DNA of 64,000 nt from a virus (lineage: Duplodnaviria; Caudoviricetes). The notes under the pieces were generated by a model that worked only from the letters and a program-made list of their open reading frames with translations, was not told where the DNA came from and ran no database searches. Positions 39,371 through 48,361 of the stretch are shown here, in pieces. The stretch lies in IMG/VR virus record IMGVR_UViG_3300030330_005655, positions 1-64,000 of that record. One strand, 5' to 3'. Numbering within the stretch: position 1 is the first letter of the stretch; each line of letters opens with the position of its first letter. Position numbers and translations under genes: made by a program.

Positions 39371-40144
39371 ATGTCAAAGATTGATGAAGAATACGTAATA
39401 GAAAAATATAACGAAAATCAAAGCACATATTCTATTGCTAAAGATTTAAATACGTATGCCAAAAAGATAGAAAGAATTTTAAAGAAAAACAACATACCAA
39501 TCAGAAGCAAATCTGAATCTCAAAAGATAGCTATAGAAACAGGCAGAAGCAAGCACCCAACAAAGGGAAAGACAAGGACAGAACAAGAAAAGTTTAAAAT
39601 TAGCGAAGGTGTATACAGCAACTGGCAAGCAAGAAGCGAAGAAGAAAGAGAAGAATTTTCTAAACAAGCAAAGAAAAGATGGGAAGAAATACCCGCCAAC
39701 AAAAAAAGAGACATGCTTGAGGCGGCAGGAAGGGCGCTGCACAAAACCTGCACAGAAGGATCTAAAGCCGAAAGATGCTTGTATGAAGCAATACAAAAGC
39801 GGGGGATAGATGTTGTTCTTCACAAAAAAGGTTTGATTCAAGGACAATTTGAAATAGATTTGTTTTTGCCAGAGTTGAAAACAGCAATAGAAATTGATGG
39901 ACCTCAACACTTTTTACCTCTGTGGGGGGAAGAAAAATTAAAAGAGACAATAAAGCTAGACTCAATTAAAAACGGTTTGCTTTTGTCTTCTGGATATTGT
40001 ATAATAAGAGTAAAGTATATGTTAAAAGGATTTTCTCAAAAATCATCTAGGACACTGTGGGAAATTGTTTCAAGAGAAATATCCAAAATAGAAAAGAAAT
40101 TCCCACCAAAGGACAAACGTTTTATTGAATTGGAGATTAAATGA
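39371..40144 (+). CDS. Endonuclease: HTH + NUMOD3-like + Vsr/DUF559-like domain (possible homing endonuclease)
   Basis: STYSIAK.L; HPTKGK.RT.QEK.KISEG; SKAE, EIDLFLP, IEIDGPQH, GY.IIR. Confidence 0.75.
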   Translation: MSKIDEEYVIEKYNENQSTYSIAKDLNTYAKKIERILKKNNIPIRSKSESQKIAIETGRSKHPTKGKTRTEQEKFKISEGVYSNWQARSEEEREEFSKQAKKRWEEIPANKKRDMLEAAGRALHKTCTEGSKAERCLYEAIQKRGIDVVLHKKGLIQGQFEIDLFLPELKTAIEIDGPQHFLPLWGEEKLKETIKLDSIKNGLLLSSGYCIIRVKYMLKGFSQKSSRTLWEIVSREISKIEKKFPPKDKRFIELEIK

Positions 40145-40905
40145 TGAGTTCAAGCACTGACCTTTTTGACCAAGAAGATATTGAAAACTCACAACAGGAA
40201 ACAGAGCTACAAGAAGAAACAAGCCCAGCTTACGGATCAGAGGATTGGCATGATTATGTCATGAGTAAGTTTCACAAGTCAGAAATGTACAATGGAAACC
40301 CCCTGACCGTAGGTCTTCGCAGGGTGGCAGAAGAACTTCTTGGAGATATTATTGTCAGCAGACCAACTACAATCGTCGCCTCTGATGATCCAAACGGACC
40401 CGGAAGAGCAACGGTTGGATTTGAGGTTGTTATCGACTGGATGAACTCTGGTCAGCTTAGAACCTATGGCGATGTAGCAGACTGCTGGCATGGCAACACA
40501 GACGACCTATTTTGCGCCCATCCCGCTGCTACGGCTAGCACCAAGGCAGAGGGTCGATGTTTGAGAAAGGCTCTTAAAGTGCGATGTGTGGCCGCAGAAG
40601 AGATTCCAAGAAACAAGGATGTTGTTGCAATTGTTAGGCAGTCTATCAAGGTAGAGCCTAGCAATGGTGACTGGACAGAGGAAGACGATATTACGTCACC
40701 ACAAATTCAATTTATTGATACAAAGTGTAAACAACTAAATGTAAATGTAATCAAGTTTATAAATCAGGGGGATAAAAAATACGAAGCGATTGGGGATGTT
40801 AGGAAAATGACCGCATCTAAAATGATTAAACTTTTAAACGAATATCAAAATAAATCTAAAGAAATCCCGGACGACATAGTGGGATATAACAACAACTGGA
40901 GGTAG
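40141..40905 (+). CDS. Possible Rad52/Sak/ERF-like single-strand annealing protein
   Basis: ATASTKAEGRCLRKAL; C-terminal TSPQ..FI...ASKMI..L helical motif; family assignment is inference. Confidence 0.5.
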   Translation: MMSSSTDLFDQEDIENSQQETELQEETSPAYGSEDWHDYVMSKFHKSEMYNGNPLTVGLRRVAEELLGDIIVSRPTTIVASDDPNGPGRATVGFEVVIDWMNSGQLRTYGDVADCWHGNTDDLFCAHPAATASTKAEGRCLRKALKVRCVAAEEIPRNKDVVAIVRQSIKVEPSNGDWTEEDDITSPQIQFIDTKCKQLNVNVIKFINQGDKKYEAIGDVRKMTASKMIKLLNEYQNKSKEIPDDIVGYNNNWR

Positions 40906-40907
40906 AA

Positions 40908-41237
40908 ATGAAACTAAATTATAAACTTGGAAATCTTACTGTAGAATTTGAATGCGATACCGTAAAGGAAGTATTCAATCAGCTTGCGATTTACCAAGAG
41001 GTTTTTGGAGAAACCAAATGTGGCAAATGCGGATCTGAGAATCTAAGATTTGTAGTTCGTGAAAACGATGGCAATGAATACTACGAGCTTAGATGCTTGG
41101 ACTGTGGCGCAAGGTTATCGTTTGGCGTCATGAAAAAGGGCGGTGGACTATTCCCGAAACGCAAGGACGCAGAAGGCAACTGGCTACCAGACAATGGCTG
41201 GACGCGATGGAATAGTAAAACCAAAAAGCTTGAGTAA
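40908..41237 (+). CDS. Zinc-ribbon hypothetical protein
   Basis: CGKCGS...CLDCGA; GGAGG RBS upstream. Confidence 0.7.
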   Translation: MKLNYKLGNLTVEFECDTVKEVFNQLAIYQEVFGETKCGKCGSENLRFVVRENDGNEYYELRCLDCGARLSFGVMKKGGGLFPKRKDAEGNWLPDNGWTRWNSKTKKLE

Positions 41238-41261
41238 AAGTATACGATACGATCTTAAACT

Positions 41262-41292
41262 GCGGGTAGGACTTTTTGTGCTACCCGCTTTT
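41262..41292 (+). terminator. Intrinsic terminator
   Basis: GCGGGTAG-11nt-CTACCCGC stem followed by TTTT, just after the 40908-41237 stop. Confidence 0.7.
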
Positions 41293-41307
41293 ACTTTAAG
41301 GCAAGTA

Positions 41308-41967
41308 ATGAAAGCAATAATACCAGCAAAAGATAACTCTGCAAGAATCGCCCACAAAAACTTTAAAAATTTTTATAATGGTCAGTCTTTAGTTGACTTA
41401 ACAATACAAAAACTTCTTGAAGTAATGGACGCGCAAGATATTTATCTAAGCTGCGAAAATAAACAAAAAGAAAAAATTTGCTCAAGGTGGGGTGTAAACT
41501 TTTTACATAGGGATAATCACCTAACTAAAAACAGCGTATCAAGCAAGAATCTATTGAATGGGATAGTAGATCAAGTTCCGGGGGATGACGACATCGCTTG
41601 GTGCTGTGTGATTGAACCGTTTTTTAATAGCTATGGCGAATGTATAAAAAAATGGAATGATGTAAACAGCGAACATGATTCTTTATCGGTGGTATATCCT
41701 AAGAAAAGATTTATTTTAGACTCTAACTATAGCCCTCAAGGTTTTGGCTTTGGGCCTTGGCACAAGGTTTCCCAGTTACTGCCCGTGTGTTATGAATTGT
41801 CTTTTTCGCTAGCCATCTTAAAAAGATCGTGCATAAGAGATATAGGCTACTATTTAGGAGCAAATCCTTATTGGTATCATGCAAAGGGAATTCATATAGA
41901 TATAGATACTAATGAAGATTTTGAACTTGCTCAATGTGTATATAGACACTATAGTAAAACTAATTGA
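41308..41967 (+). CDS. NeuA/KdsB-like CMP-nonulosonate cytidylyltransferase
   Basis: MKAIIPAK..S.RI.HKN, R...L, PF, IDIDT.EDF; true start ATG 41308. Confidence 0.82.
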   Translation: MKAIIPAKDNSARIAHKNFKNFYNGQSLVDLTIQKLLEVMDAQDIYLSCENKQKEKICSRWGVNFLHRDNHLTKNSVSSKNLLNGIVDQVPGDDDIAWCCVIEPFFNSYGECIKKWNDVNSEHDSLSVVYPKKRFILDSNYSPQGFGFGPWHKVSQLLPVCYELSFSLAILKRSCIRDIGYYLGANPYWYHAKGIHIDIDTNEDFELAQCVYRHYSKTN

Positions 41968-42655
41968 AATTAATATCTTTGGCAATCAGTGTTTTCTGTA
42001 TTTGTTTTTTAATTTCTTTTATTACATTTTTTGAATCCTCGCTAGTAGGATGCCCCGCAGCATTATTGGGATGAGCAACGGTAACAGTCTGATTATTAGA
42101 ATTGAATGGATTATATTTTTCAAACAGGTGATGGTAAAAGTATCCTTCTGAACTATTTGCAACTCCGTAAAAATCTACTCGTCTGACATTACTAGCGCAA
42201 CAAGATATAAAGCCAGAAGCTGTGTGTGAACTGGTGCAGTGATGACCTTTTATTAAAGTTGTGAAGTTAGGATCTTCACACGATTCGTGGCTGTTTAAAT
42301 TGTGAACAATCGCATAAGTTTTTTTACAGTTAGCGGAAAATAACTCTAATGCTTGTTTATAAGTGTGTCCAGATCTACTGGTAAGTCGCGGAACGACTAC
42401 ATACTTTAAATCTTTTAATTTTTCTGAAACCATGTTATTAGAAATATCTTGAGCAATATCGAAATCATTTAATACTAATGCGTCTATATGATCACTATAA
42501 AATATGGCTTGATTAATTGCCACGTTCAATGTGGTTTCATTATTACTTTCGATAGGCTTGAATGTTGGCCCCTTGCCTAGTATTATAGCGCTATCGTACC
42601 TTTCCATTTTTTTGATGATAGTGGGAATATTTCTTTTTGTTATAATTTTAATCAT
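41960..42655 (-). CDS. Sialyltransferase/Maf-like Rossmann-type glycosyltransferase
   Basis: AIILGKGPT, VAINQA, LND, TSS.TA...VDFYGV. Confidence 0.5.
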   Translation of the reverse strand: MIKIITKRNIPTIIKKMERYDSAIILGKGPTFKPIESNNETTLNVAINQAIFYSDHIDALVLNDFDIAQDISNNMVSEKLKDLKYVVVPRLTSRSGHTYKQALELFSANCKKTYAIVHNLNSHESCEDPNFTTLIKGHHCTSSHTASGFISCCASNVRRVDFYGVANSSEGYFYHHLFEKYNPFNSNNQTVTVAHPNNAAGHPTSEDSKNVIKEIKKQIQKTLIAKDINFN

Positions 42656-42798
42656 TAAATTCCCTAGCAATTTTTGCAATTTCTATAACTTTAGCCCAGT
42701 CTGTCGGCAATCTGTTTACAATTTTTTAAGAATTTTAGATGACCATAATGAAAAAGGTCAAAAGTACCGCCAGTGTAAAGTACTCTATCCCTGCACAT
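42648..42798 (-). pseudogene. Truncated TagD-like (HxGH) cytidylyltransferase fragment / deletion scar
   Basis: ATG 42798 reads MCRDRVLYTGGTFDLFHYGHLKFLKNCKQIADRLG* (stop 42691-42693); another frame gives TDWAKVIEIAKIAREFND* ending at 42648. Confidence 0.8.
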
Positions 42799-42802
42799 AC
42801 AC

Positions 42803-43483
42803 TTATGAAAACCTTCCGGCAAGACTTAAATAATTAGAAAACAACTCGTCATCAGTCAATGCCCTATTGTAAATTTTTACGTTTGCTATATTGCCTTCAA
42901 AGTAATTAGTATTAGAAGCGCCAATTAAAACAGGCGTGGATGAAGCACCAAACATCAAACCGGTTTGAGAGGCTTCACTTTCCAGCACGCCATTTATATG
43001 ACAAGAAATATTTGCTCCATTGTATCGGCCACAGACATTGTACCAAGTGTCAGTTTCTAGAGATGTAGAACTGGTTCCAGAGCTATCAAAACCCACGCCG
43101 TTTGTAGAAATATAAAACTCTAGCTTGCCAGTCGTTAAAGAATGCGTCAATAGAAAATGCCTTGTTCCAGTTCCAGCCCACTGAGAGACAATATCCCCTC
43201 GATCAGTGTTTGGTATCTTAATCCATGCAGAAACGGTTATAGCACTAGATATCCCAGAAAGAGATGCATCAGAACCACAATCAATATAGTCATCAGTTCC
43301 ATCAAAAGAAAAACTTCCTTTGTTGTCCGTGCTGAAAACAGGACCGTTTGTTGCGGTCCCATCATTATCGCCTATCATGTCAGACCAAGTGCTGCCAGAA
43401 CCAACATAACTTAGTTTATTTCCAGCGTCAAAATAGGATGCTAAACCAGAATCAGCAACACTTGGTGAAAAAAATACACTCAT
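42803..43483 (-). CDS. LamG/concanavalin-A-like lectin-domain virion protein
   Basis: DAGN..SY.GSG.TW.D, FDGTDDY, TVSAWI, WYNV, NG, F.G.I..VKIYNRALT. Confidence 0.88.
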   Translation of the reverse strand: MSVFFSPSVADSGLASYFDAGNKLSYVGSGSTWSDMIGDNDGTATNGPVFSTDNKGSFSFDGTDDYIDCGSDASLSGISSAITVSAWIKIPNTDRGDIVSQWAGTGTRHFLLTHSLTTGKLEFYISTNGVGFDSSGTSSTSLETDTWYNVCGRYNGANISCHINGVLESEASQTGLMFGASSTPVLIGASNTNYFEGNIANVKIYNRALTDDELFSNYLSLAGRFS

Positions 43484-43487
43484 ACGA

Positions 43488-44453
43488 TTACAGATATTCT
43501 AGAGAAACGTATAATCCATACTGTTCTTTTGCACCCAATGAAATTGGGCTAGCAGACAAAGCAACGGCCCATGTGTGGTGCGTATAAACTCCGGTTCCGC
43601 CGTAGTTCTTTGCTCTGTTGGCGGCAGTAGCACCGTCACCAAATTGATGAGCAGTAGAGCCAGCCCACAATTGTTGTCTACCAGTAGTGTTGATATATTG
43701 CGTCCATTTGGGCCAAACCATTCCGGTTCCACTAATCACCTGATTAGCTTGAAGCCCCTGCTGACCACTGCCCGGAGAATCAAGAAGTGGAACCACAATA
43801 CCGCTTCCTCCAACCGTCTCGTCAGAACTTCCAGCGCTAAGTCTAGAATCGCCATTCACAGAGGTCTCGTTGTCTCTACCGTTGTAGAATTCCACGCCCA
43901 AGCTATTTGTGTAGTAACTATTAGTGCCAACAAGCTCTTGAGGCCAAGGCTCACCCCACCAAAAAGCATCGCCGCTACCAACTGCGCCATTACCAGTTCC
44001 AGCACTACCTTGAGAATTGTATGTTGAACCTTGAAAGTTGACTATTTCAGCAACCTTAGTATAAACACCACTAGCAGGATTATTTATAAAGCTTCGGTCA
44101 AAGACTCTCAACTGACAATTTTGAACACTGACTGCGGTGGTGTGTCCAAATCTAATACCCAAAGTGGATTCAAAACTAGGAACACCACTCAGCCCAGTGC
44201 TGTAGGCTGGTCCGGTAGCGTCAACAGTACACCTTCCGCTAGGATGTGCGCCAGTGGTAAACTTAATATTCGTCAACGCTGTTCCAACAGTAGAGCCATC
44301 AGAAGAAGCTACATTGCTTCTGTCTTGGTATTGACCTATTGCTACTGAAGAGCCAGCGGTAGATCCAAAAAAACCAACGCCAGAGCCAGAAAGGGTTTCT
44401 TCTGCCGGAACTGCTGTATTGTTACCTAAAACTTGAAAGTCTATAATAGCCAT
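43488..44453 (-). CDS. Putative virion structural protein
   Basis: G/S/T-rich 321 aa; strong AAGGAG RBS; located in tail module. Confidence 0.55.
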   Translation of the reverse strand: MAIIDFQVLGNNTAVPAEETLSGSGVGFFGSTAGSSVAIGQYQDRSNVASSDGSTVGTALTNIKFTTGAHPSGRCTVDATGPAYSTGLSGVPSFESTLGIRFGHTTAVSVQNCQLRVFDRSFINNPASGVYTKVAEIVNFQGSTYNSQGSAGTGNGAVGSGDAFWWGEPWPQELVGTNSYYTNSLGVEFYNGRDNETSVNGDSRLSAGSSDETVGGSGIVVPLLDSPGSGQQGLQANQVISGTGMVWPKWTQYINTTGRQQLWAGSTAHQFGDGATAANRAKNYGGTGVYTHHTWAVALSASPISLGAKEQYGLYVSLEYL

Positions 44454-44463
44454 TATTTTCTCC

Positions 44464-44513
44464 TTTGTGTATTATACACAAATTTGTGTACAGTCATAGT
44501 ATTATTACACAAA
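44464..44513. promoter_or_regulatory. Palindromic TTTGTGTA array / putative promoter-operator
   Basis: Four TTTGTGTA units (44464+, 44475-, 44483+, 44506-); perfect palindrome TACACAAATTTGTGTA at 44475-44490; minus strand reads TGTGTATAAT just upstream of RBS. Confidence 0.55.
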
Positions 44514-45071
44514 ATAAGCTTGTTTTCTAATATTTTTTGATTGGTCGTTTTTACTCCACAAAAACACACAAAGAGTGCATCTTGGATCTGGACCAACAAC
44601 ATCTTTTACTTCGTGAAAGCTTTCATCTGTGCATCTAAATGTAATTAATTGATTAAATTTAGGCAATATTTCCGTATCGCCCAAAACAAAAGCGCCGCCA
44701 TAATCATCCTGCCAGTGTTTGTTTACAGACAAAACACAGCTATATTCTCTTTTCCATCCGGTTGACTCCATCAAAGACGAATCTAGATGCCTTCTAAGAT
44801 AGCCGCCAGACGGAATCATGTGCAATCCAGCGCCATAAAACTCCATGTCAGGAAAAACATTACAATCTACATACGGAGTTATGCGCTTTATCATCTCTAT
44901 GGTGCATAGTTTTGCTATTTCTGGTAGATCGTTATGGCTTTTGCTAGCGTATTTTTCAGCGTTTTTGCCAGAATAATGATGCCAGAATCTAGAACTTGCA
45001 TCGGGCCAAGACGCGCAAAGCGAATTCAGCAAAAGTGGGTTGATTGCATCTTCAATTATCTTGAATTCCAT
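44505..45071 (-). CDS. 2OG-Fe(II) oxygenase
   Basis: GAGLH..GG.L..HLD, W...YGG.F, P.FN, SFHEV, R. Confidence 0.88.
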   Translation of the reverse strand: MEFKIIEDAINPLLLNSLCASWPDASSRFWHHYSGKNAEKYASKSHNDLPEIAKLCTIEMIKRITPYVDCNVFPDMEFYGAGLHMIPSGGYLRRHLDSSLMESTGWKREYSCVLSVNKHWQDDYGGAFVLGDTEILPKFNQLITFRCTDESFHEVKDVVGPDPRCTLCVFLWSKNDQSKNIRKQAYFV

Positions 45072-46994
45072 TTATATTTGCCCCACAGAAAAAAGCCCAA
45101 AAGGATCTATTTCTTGCCAAGCCTCTTGCTCATACAAAGAAGATTCCAAATCGCACCCAAACAAACACGCCGCCTCTTGGTCTATAAAGCGATCTCCACA
45201 ATAATATTGAGTTGCGTATTTGTTGCTTCTTAAATCCTTCCATAATTTATTTAAAAACAGATAAGCGGATCTAGCCCACCAAAAAGATCCTTGGTAATGC
45301 CAACGATTATGATTATGTTTTTGAGAATTTCTTGACTTAAAGCACCCTACGGCCTTGAACCCGTCTTCAAATTTTTCTTTTATAACTTCCCAGTTTTCAA
45401 AAGTATAATAGTATAGTGCCTCGTTCCATCTTTTTACCCATTCAGACTCTGCCGTTTTTGTCATTTGGCCTTTCGCATGAGCAAAGCAAATAACCTCATC
45501 TCTGTTGTTAGACTCTAGATATTTTAAAGAATCTACAAATCCAACGCCCTCTCTTTTTCTTTGGTCGTTGTCTCTTATGTAAACTACATCAAACAAATTA
45601 TTAGCTCTGTCTACTACGGCATCAATATTTACACCGTTTGGCTTTGCGATGCAGCAAATCTTTTTACCATTAAAGTCATCAGAATATTGTTCAATTTTTG
45701 AAAGATGATAATCTGTGGACTCTTTATGTTTTGGACAAATGAAATAATGTAGATTTTTTATTGGGTCTTTTTTGAATGGAAAGCTTTCTTTATAAAATGG
45801 AATATCTACTTTATACTTTGAATTGTTGGTTTTTCTCCAGTCTTCTAAATGCTGTGTTATGGGTGTATCTTTCACCTTTGCATTCTTAAAATCATACATA
45901 CTTCCATCAAACGAATCAGCAAACAAACAATACCCCTCCTTTTCCTTCCAGTGTCTGCCAGCCCAAGACTCAGTGGCCCACCAATGGTGCTTCATATTCC
46001 TCCAATTTTGTTTTTCATGTATGCTCATAGACCTAGCCCAAAAGAAAGAGCCAGAATAATGCCAACCCATGATATGTCCTGAGTTTCTTTTAAAAGATCC
46101 CGCTAGGTGGTATCCAGATTCCATAGCGTGTTTTACGCCCTCCCAATTTCTAACACAGGTTTCGTACATCATTTCAACCCAAGTTAAAACAGTTTCAGAC
46201 TGATGGGTGTGAGGCTGCTGACCCTTGCCGTGAGCAAAGCATATGACTCTATTGGGATCATCAAGCTTCATTTTTTCCAAAGTAGAAACAAAACCAGCGG
46301 CCTCTCTTTTTCCAGAGTCATTTTTTATATAGTAAACCTCAGTAAATATTTCTTCTAGATCGTCTTTGTATGTTTTTTCTAGTGTGGTGTCATCGGTAGC
46401 AACGCAACAGATTCTATCTCCGTTAAACAAATCTATAGAAGCTTTTAACTGATCAATATGATATTTAGTAGAAGAGGCAAACTTAGGCCAAAGAAAAAAA
46501 TGTAAATCTCTTTTAACTTCTGCGGTAAAAGGAAAAGGCTCTCGACTTTTCGCAAAAAACTTGCTTTCGTACATACTAACATCATAAGGGTCAATAAACG
46601 AGCTTTTTGCTCTAGCTTTAACCCGTTCTAAACACGTATCACATATGGTTTTGTTGCCAAAAAATATTACAGCCTCACACCACTCGCAGACAGGCTTGCC
46701 GTGATTATACATTGTCTCATTTGGATTAACCCCTAGCTCTCGATCCCACTCTTGTATCGGGCAAGCCTCATAAAGATCTTTTGCTAAATTTTCTACTTTA
46801 GATTCTTCTTGTGTTTTTTTTTCAACGTTTAATTTATACCAACACATCCCATCCTTGTTCAAGTCACAATCTTGACAAGAGTTCATTCTTCTGCCAAAAG
46901 CATTTTCCGTAGAAAAAACTTGAGCCTTTGGAATTATCACAGGCTTTGGCGGGTCTGATGGAGGATTTTTATTTTTACCGCAACCGCATCCCAT
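45072..46994 (-). CDS. Cys-rich N-terminus plus two tandem glycosyltransferase-like domains
   Basis: MGCGCG, C..C..C, CP, CEWC..CDTC; two repeats each with FNG..ICC, KRE..GF, FAH.KG, WHY.GSF.WARS. Confidence 0.6.
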   Translation of the reverse strand: MGCGCGKNKNPPSDPPKPVIIPKAQVFSTENAFGRRMNSCQDCDLNKDGMCWYKLNVEKKTQEESKVENLAKDLYEACPIQEWDRELGVNPNETMYNHGKPVCEWCEAVIFFGNKTICDTCLERVKARAKSSFIDPYDVSMYESKFFAKSREPFPFTAEVKRDLHFFLWPKFASSTKYHIDQLKASIDLFNGDRICCVATDDTTLEKTYKDDLEEIFTEVYYIKNDSGKREAAGFVSTLEKMKLDDPNRVICFAHGKGQQPHTHQSETVLTWVEMMYETCVRNWEGVKHAMESGYHLAGSFKRNSGHIMGWHYSGSFFWARSMSIHEKQNWRNMKHHWWATESWAGRHWKEKEGYCLFADSFDGSMYDFKNAKVKDTPITQHLEDWRKTNNSKYKVDIPFYKESFPFKKDPIKNLHYFICPKHKESTDYHLSKIEQYSDDFNGKKICCIAKPNGVNIDAVVDRANNLFDVVYIRDNDQRKREGVGFVDSLKYLESNNRDEVICFAHAKGQMTKTAESEWVKRWNEALYYYTFENWEVIKEKFEDGFKAVGCFKSRNSQKHNHNRWHYQGSFWWARSAYLFLNKLWKDLRSNKYATQYYCGDRFIDQEAACLFGCDLESSLYEQEAWQEIDPFGLFSVGQI

Positions 46995-47496
46995 CTTTTT
47001 TCCTTTGTATAGAAATTGCTTTGTGTAATAATCTCTTGGCTGCCATTTTTACAATAGTCTTTGGTGTTGCTGTAAAAGGAAGACCCAAGTGTTTAACTTT
47101 TGACGACAAATATTCAACAATCTCAGCCTCTCTTTTAAGGCATCCATCTGCGCCCCACTTGTTCATTTTAGCTTCATAGTCTTGACAGCCGCAGGTTTCT
47201 TTGGGAACTTTTTGCAAAACAGATTTGGGCAATGTTTTTTCTATAATTTTTGACAGAATAGTGCCAACCTGAGATAGCTTTTTAGGATCTTCTTTTGGTT
47301 TGAGTGCAGGCATTTTTTCGCCTGCGTCTTTTATTCTTTTTAGCTCTTTTATTTCAGCGACTATTTGTTCCTTATTTTCCTTTAGCCACTCTCTTTGCTC
47401 TGGACTGCACTTGCTCCAAGGAGACACTTTTAGCATTCCATCTTTTTGTAGGTCTATGCTGAAACCCATTTCTACAATTTTTGATAAATGTTCCAT
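46975..47496 (-). CDS. TubC_N-like docking domain plus Cys-containing domain
   Basis: GFSIDLQKDG.LKVSPWS...EQREWLKENKEQIV; VGT.L...CGC....MNKWG.DGC. Confidence 0.5.
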   Translation of the reverse strand: MEHLSKIVEMGFSIDLQKDGMLKVSPWSKCSPEQREWLKENKEQIVAEIKELKRIKDAGEKMPALKPKEDPKKLSQVGTILSKIIEKTLPKSVLQKVPKETCGCQDYEAKMNKWGADGCLKREAEIVEYLSSKVKHLGLPFTATPKTIVKMAAKRLLHKAISIQRKKDGMRLR

Positions 47497-47497
47497 T

Positions 47498-48361
47498 CTA
47501 TATCCTTGCTACTTTACTAGGGGGCCAAAGTTTTTTGTGTTCCCAATTTTGATGATATGAATATTCATAATTATTGTATATTTTTGCACCTTCTCTAAAT
47601 ATATAATTACATACTTCCTCCACAGAAGGCTCATATAATTCTATTCTTTTGTTCCAAACCTCGCCATCTTGTATTTTAAAATCAACAATATCTTTAATTT
47701 TTTGTTGGCCTGCTTGTCTTAGTTGCTCTAAAAAACCTTCATCTCTGTTTGCTTTTACACCAAGAACAGAAGCGTGTGGATCTTTTTTGAATGAATAACT
47801 AGGAATAAATACTTGCTGCTCTATCTTTTCAAATATTTCAGAAACATCACAGTTTATTACAACGCTTGGGTCAACCCAAAGAACCTTATCATACTCTTCT
47901 AAGGCGTCTAGTATGCAGTCGATATTTGAGTTAAATTTACCAATAACTTCTTGTGCGCCCCAAAAGAACATTTCTTTAAATAAAGCACCACCATTATTAT
48001 AGACGACATATTCAACATCATTATTAAAAAAGCAAAACCAACACGAAAATCGAGTCCATGCGTCACGATTGCCGGTCGTGCTTGTAATAACGGCACAATC
48101 AGAATCAATTCGCTTTGTTCTTTTGTCAGTATCTTTTTCAAAAATATCGGGCATCGACCCCCTTTTTTCGTTCGCAAATTTTTTCCGCTGACGTAGCTGA
48201 TTGTATATTTGTGTTTTATTTTGTTCTATAAAATCCAAATGTTCAGGTTTAAGTTGGCTCCAAGGGCTTACTTTGAGTTTCTCTAGCCAACTTTCACCAT
48301 CTTTTTTGACGGACATTTTGACCGTGTATCCCCAATCTTCAACAGTTTCTAGTTCTATCAT
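47498..48361 (-). CDS. TubC_N-like domain plus GT-A (GT8/GT77-like) domain
   Basis: LKVSPWSQLKPEHLDFIEQNKTQI; YDKVLWVDPSVVI. Confidence 0.45.
   Translation of the reverse strand: MIELETVEDWGYTVKMSVKKDGESWLEKLKVSPWSQLKPEHLDFIEQNKTQIYNQLRQRKKFANEKRGSMPDIFEKDTDKRTKRIDSDCAVITSTTGNRDAWTRFSCWFCFFNNDVEYVVYNNGGALFKEMFFWGAQEVIGKFNSNIDCILDALEEYDKVLWVDPSVVINCDVSEIFEKIEQQVFIPSYSFKKDPHASVLGVKANRDEGFLEQLRQAGQQKIKDIVDFKIQDGEVWNKRIELYEPSVEEVCNYIFREGAKIYNNYEYSYHQNWEHKKLWPPSKVARI

Noticed and set aside
41143-41307. 55-aa N-terminal extension of the cytidylyltransferase
   Set aside because: Overlaps the upstream gene and a terminator hairpin; family homology begins at MKAIIPA (41308)
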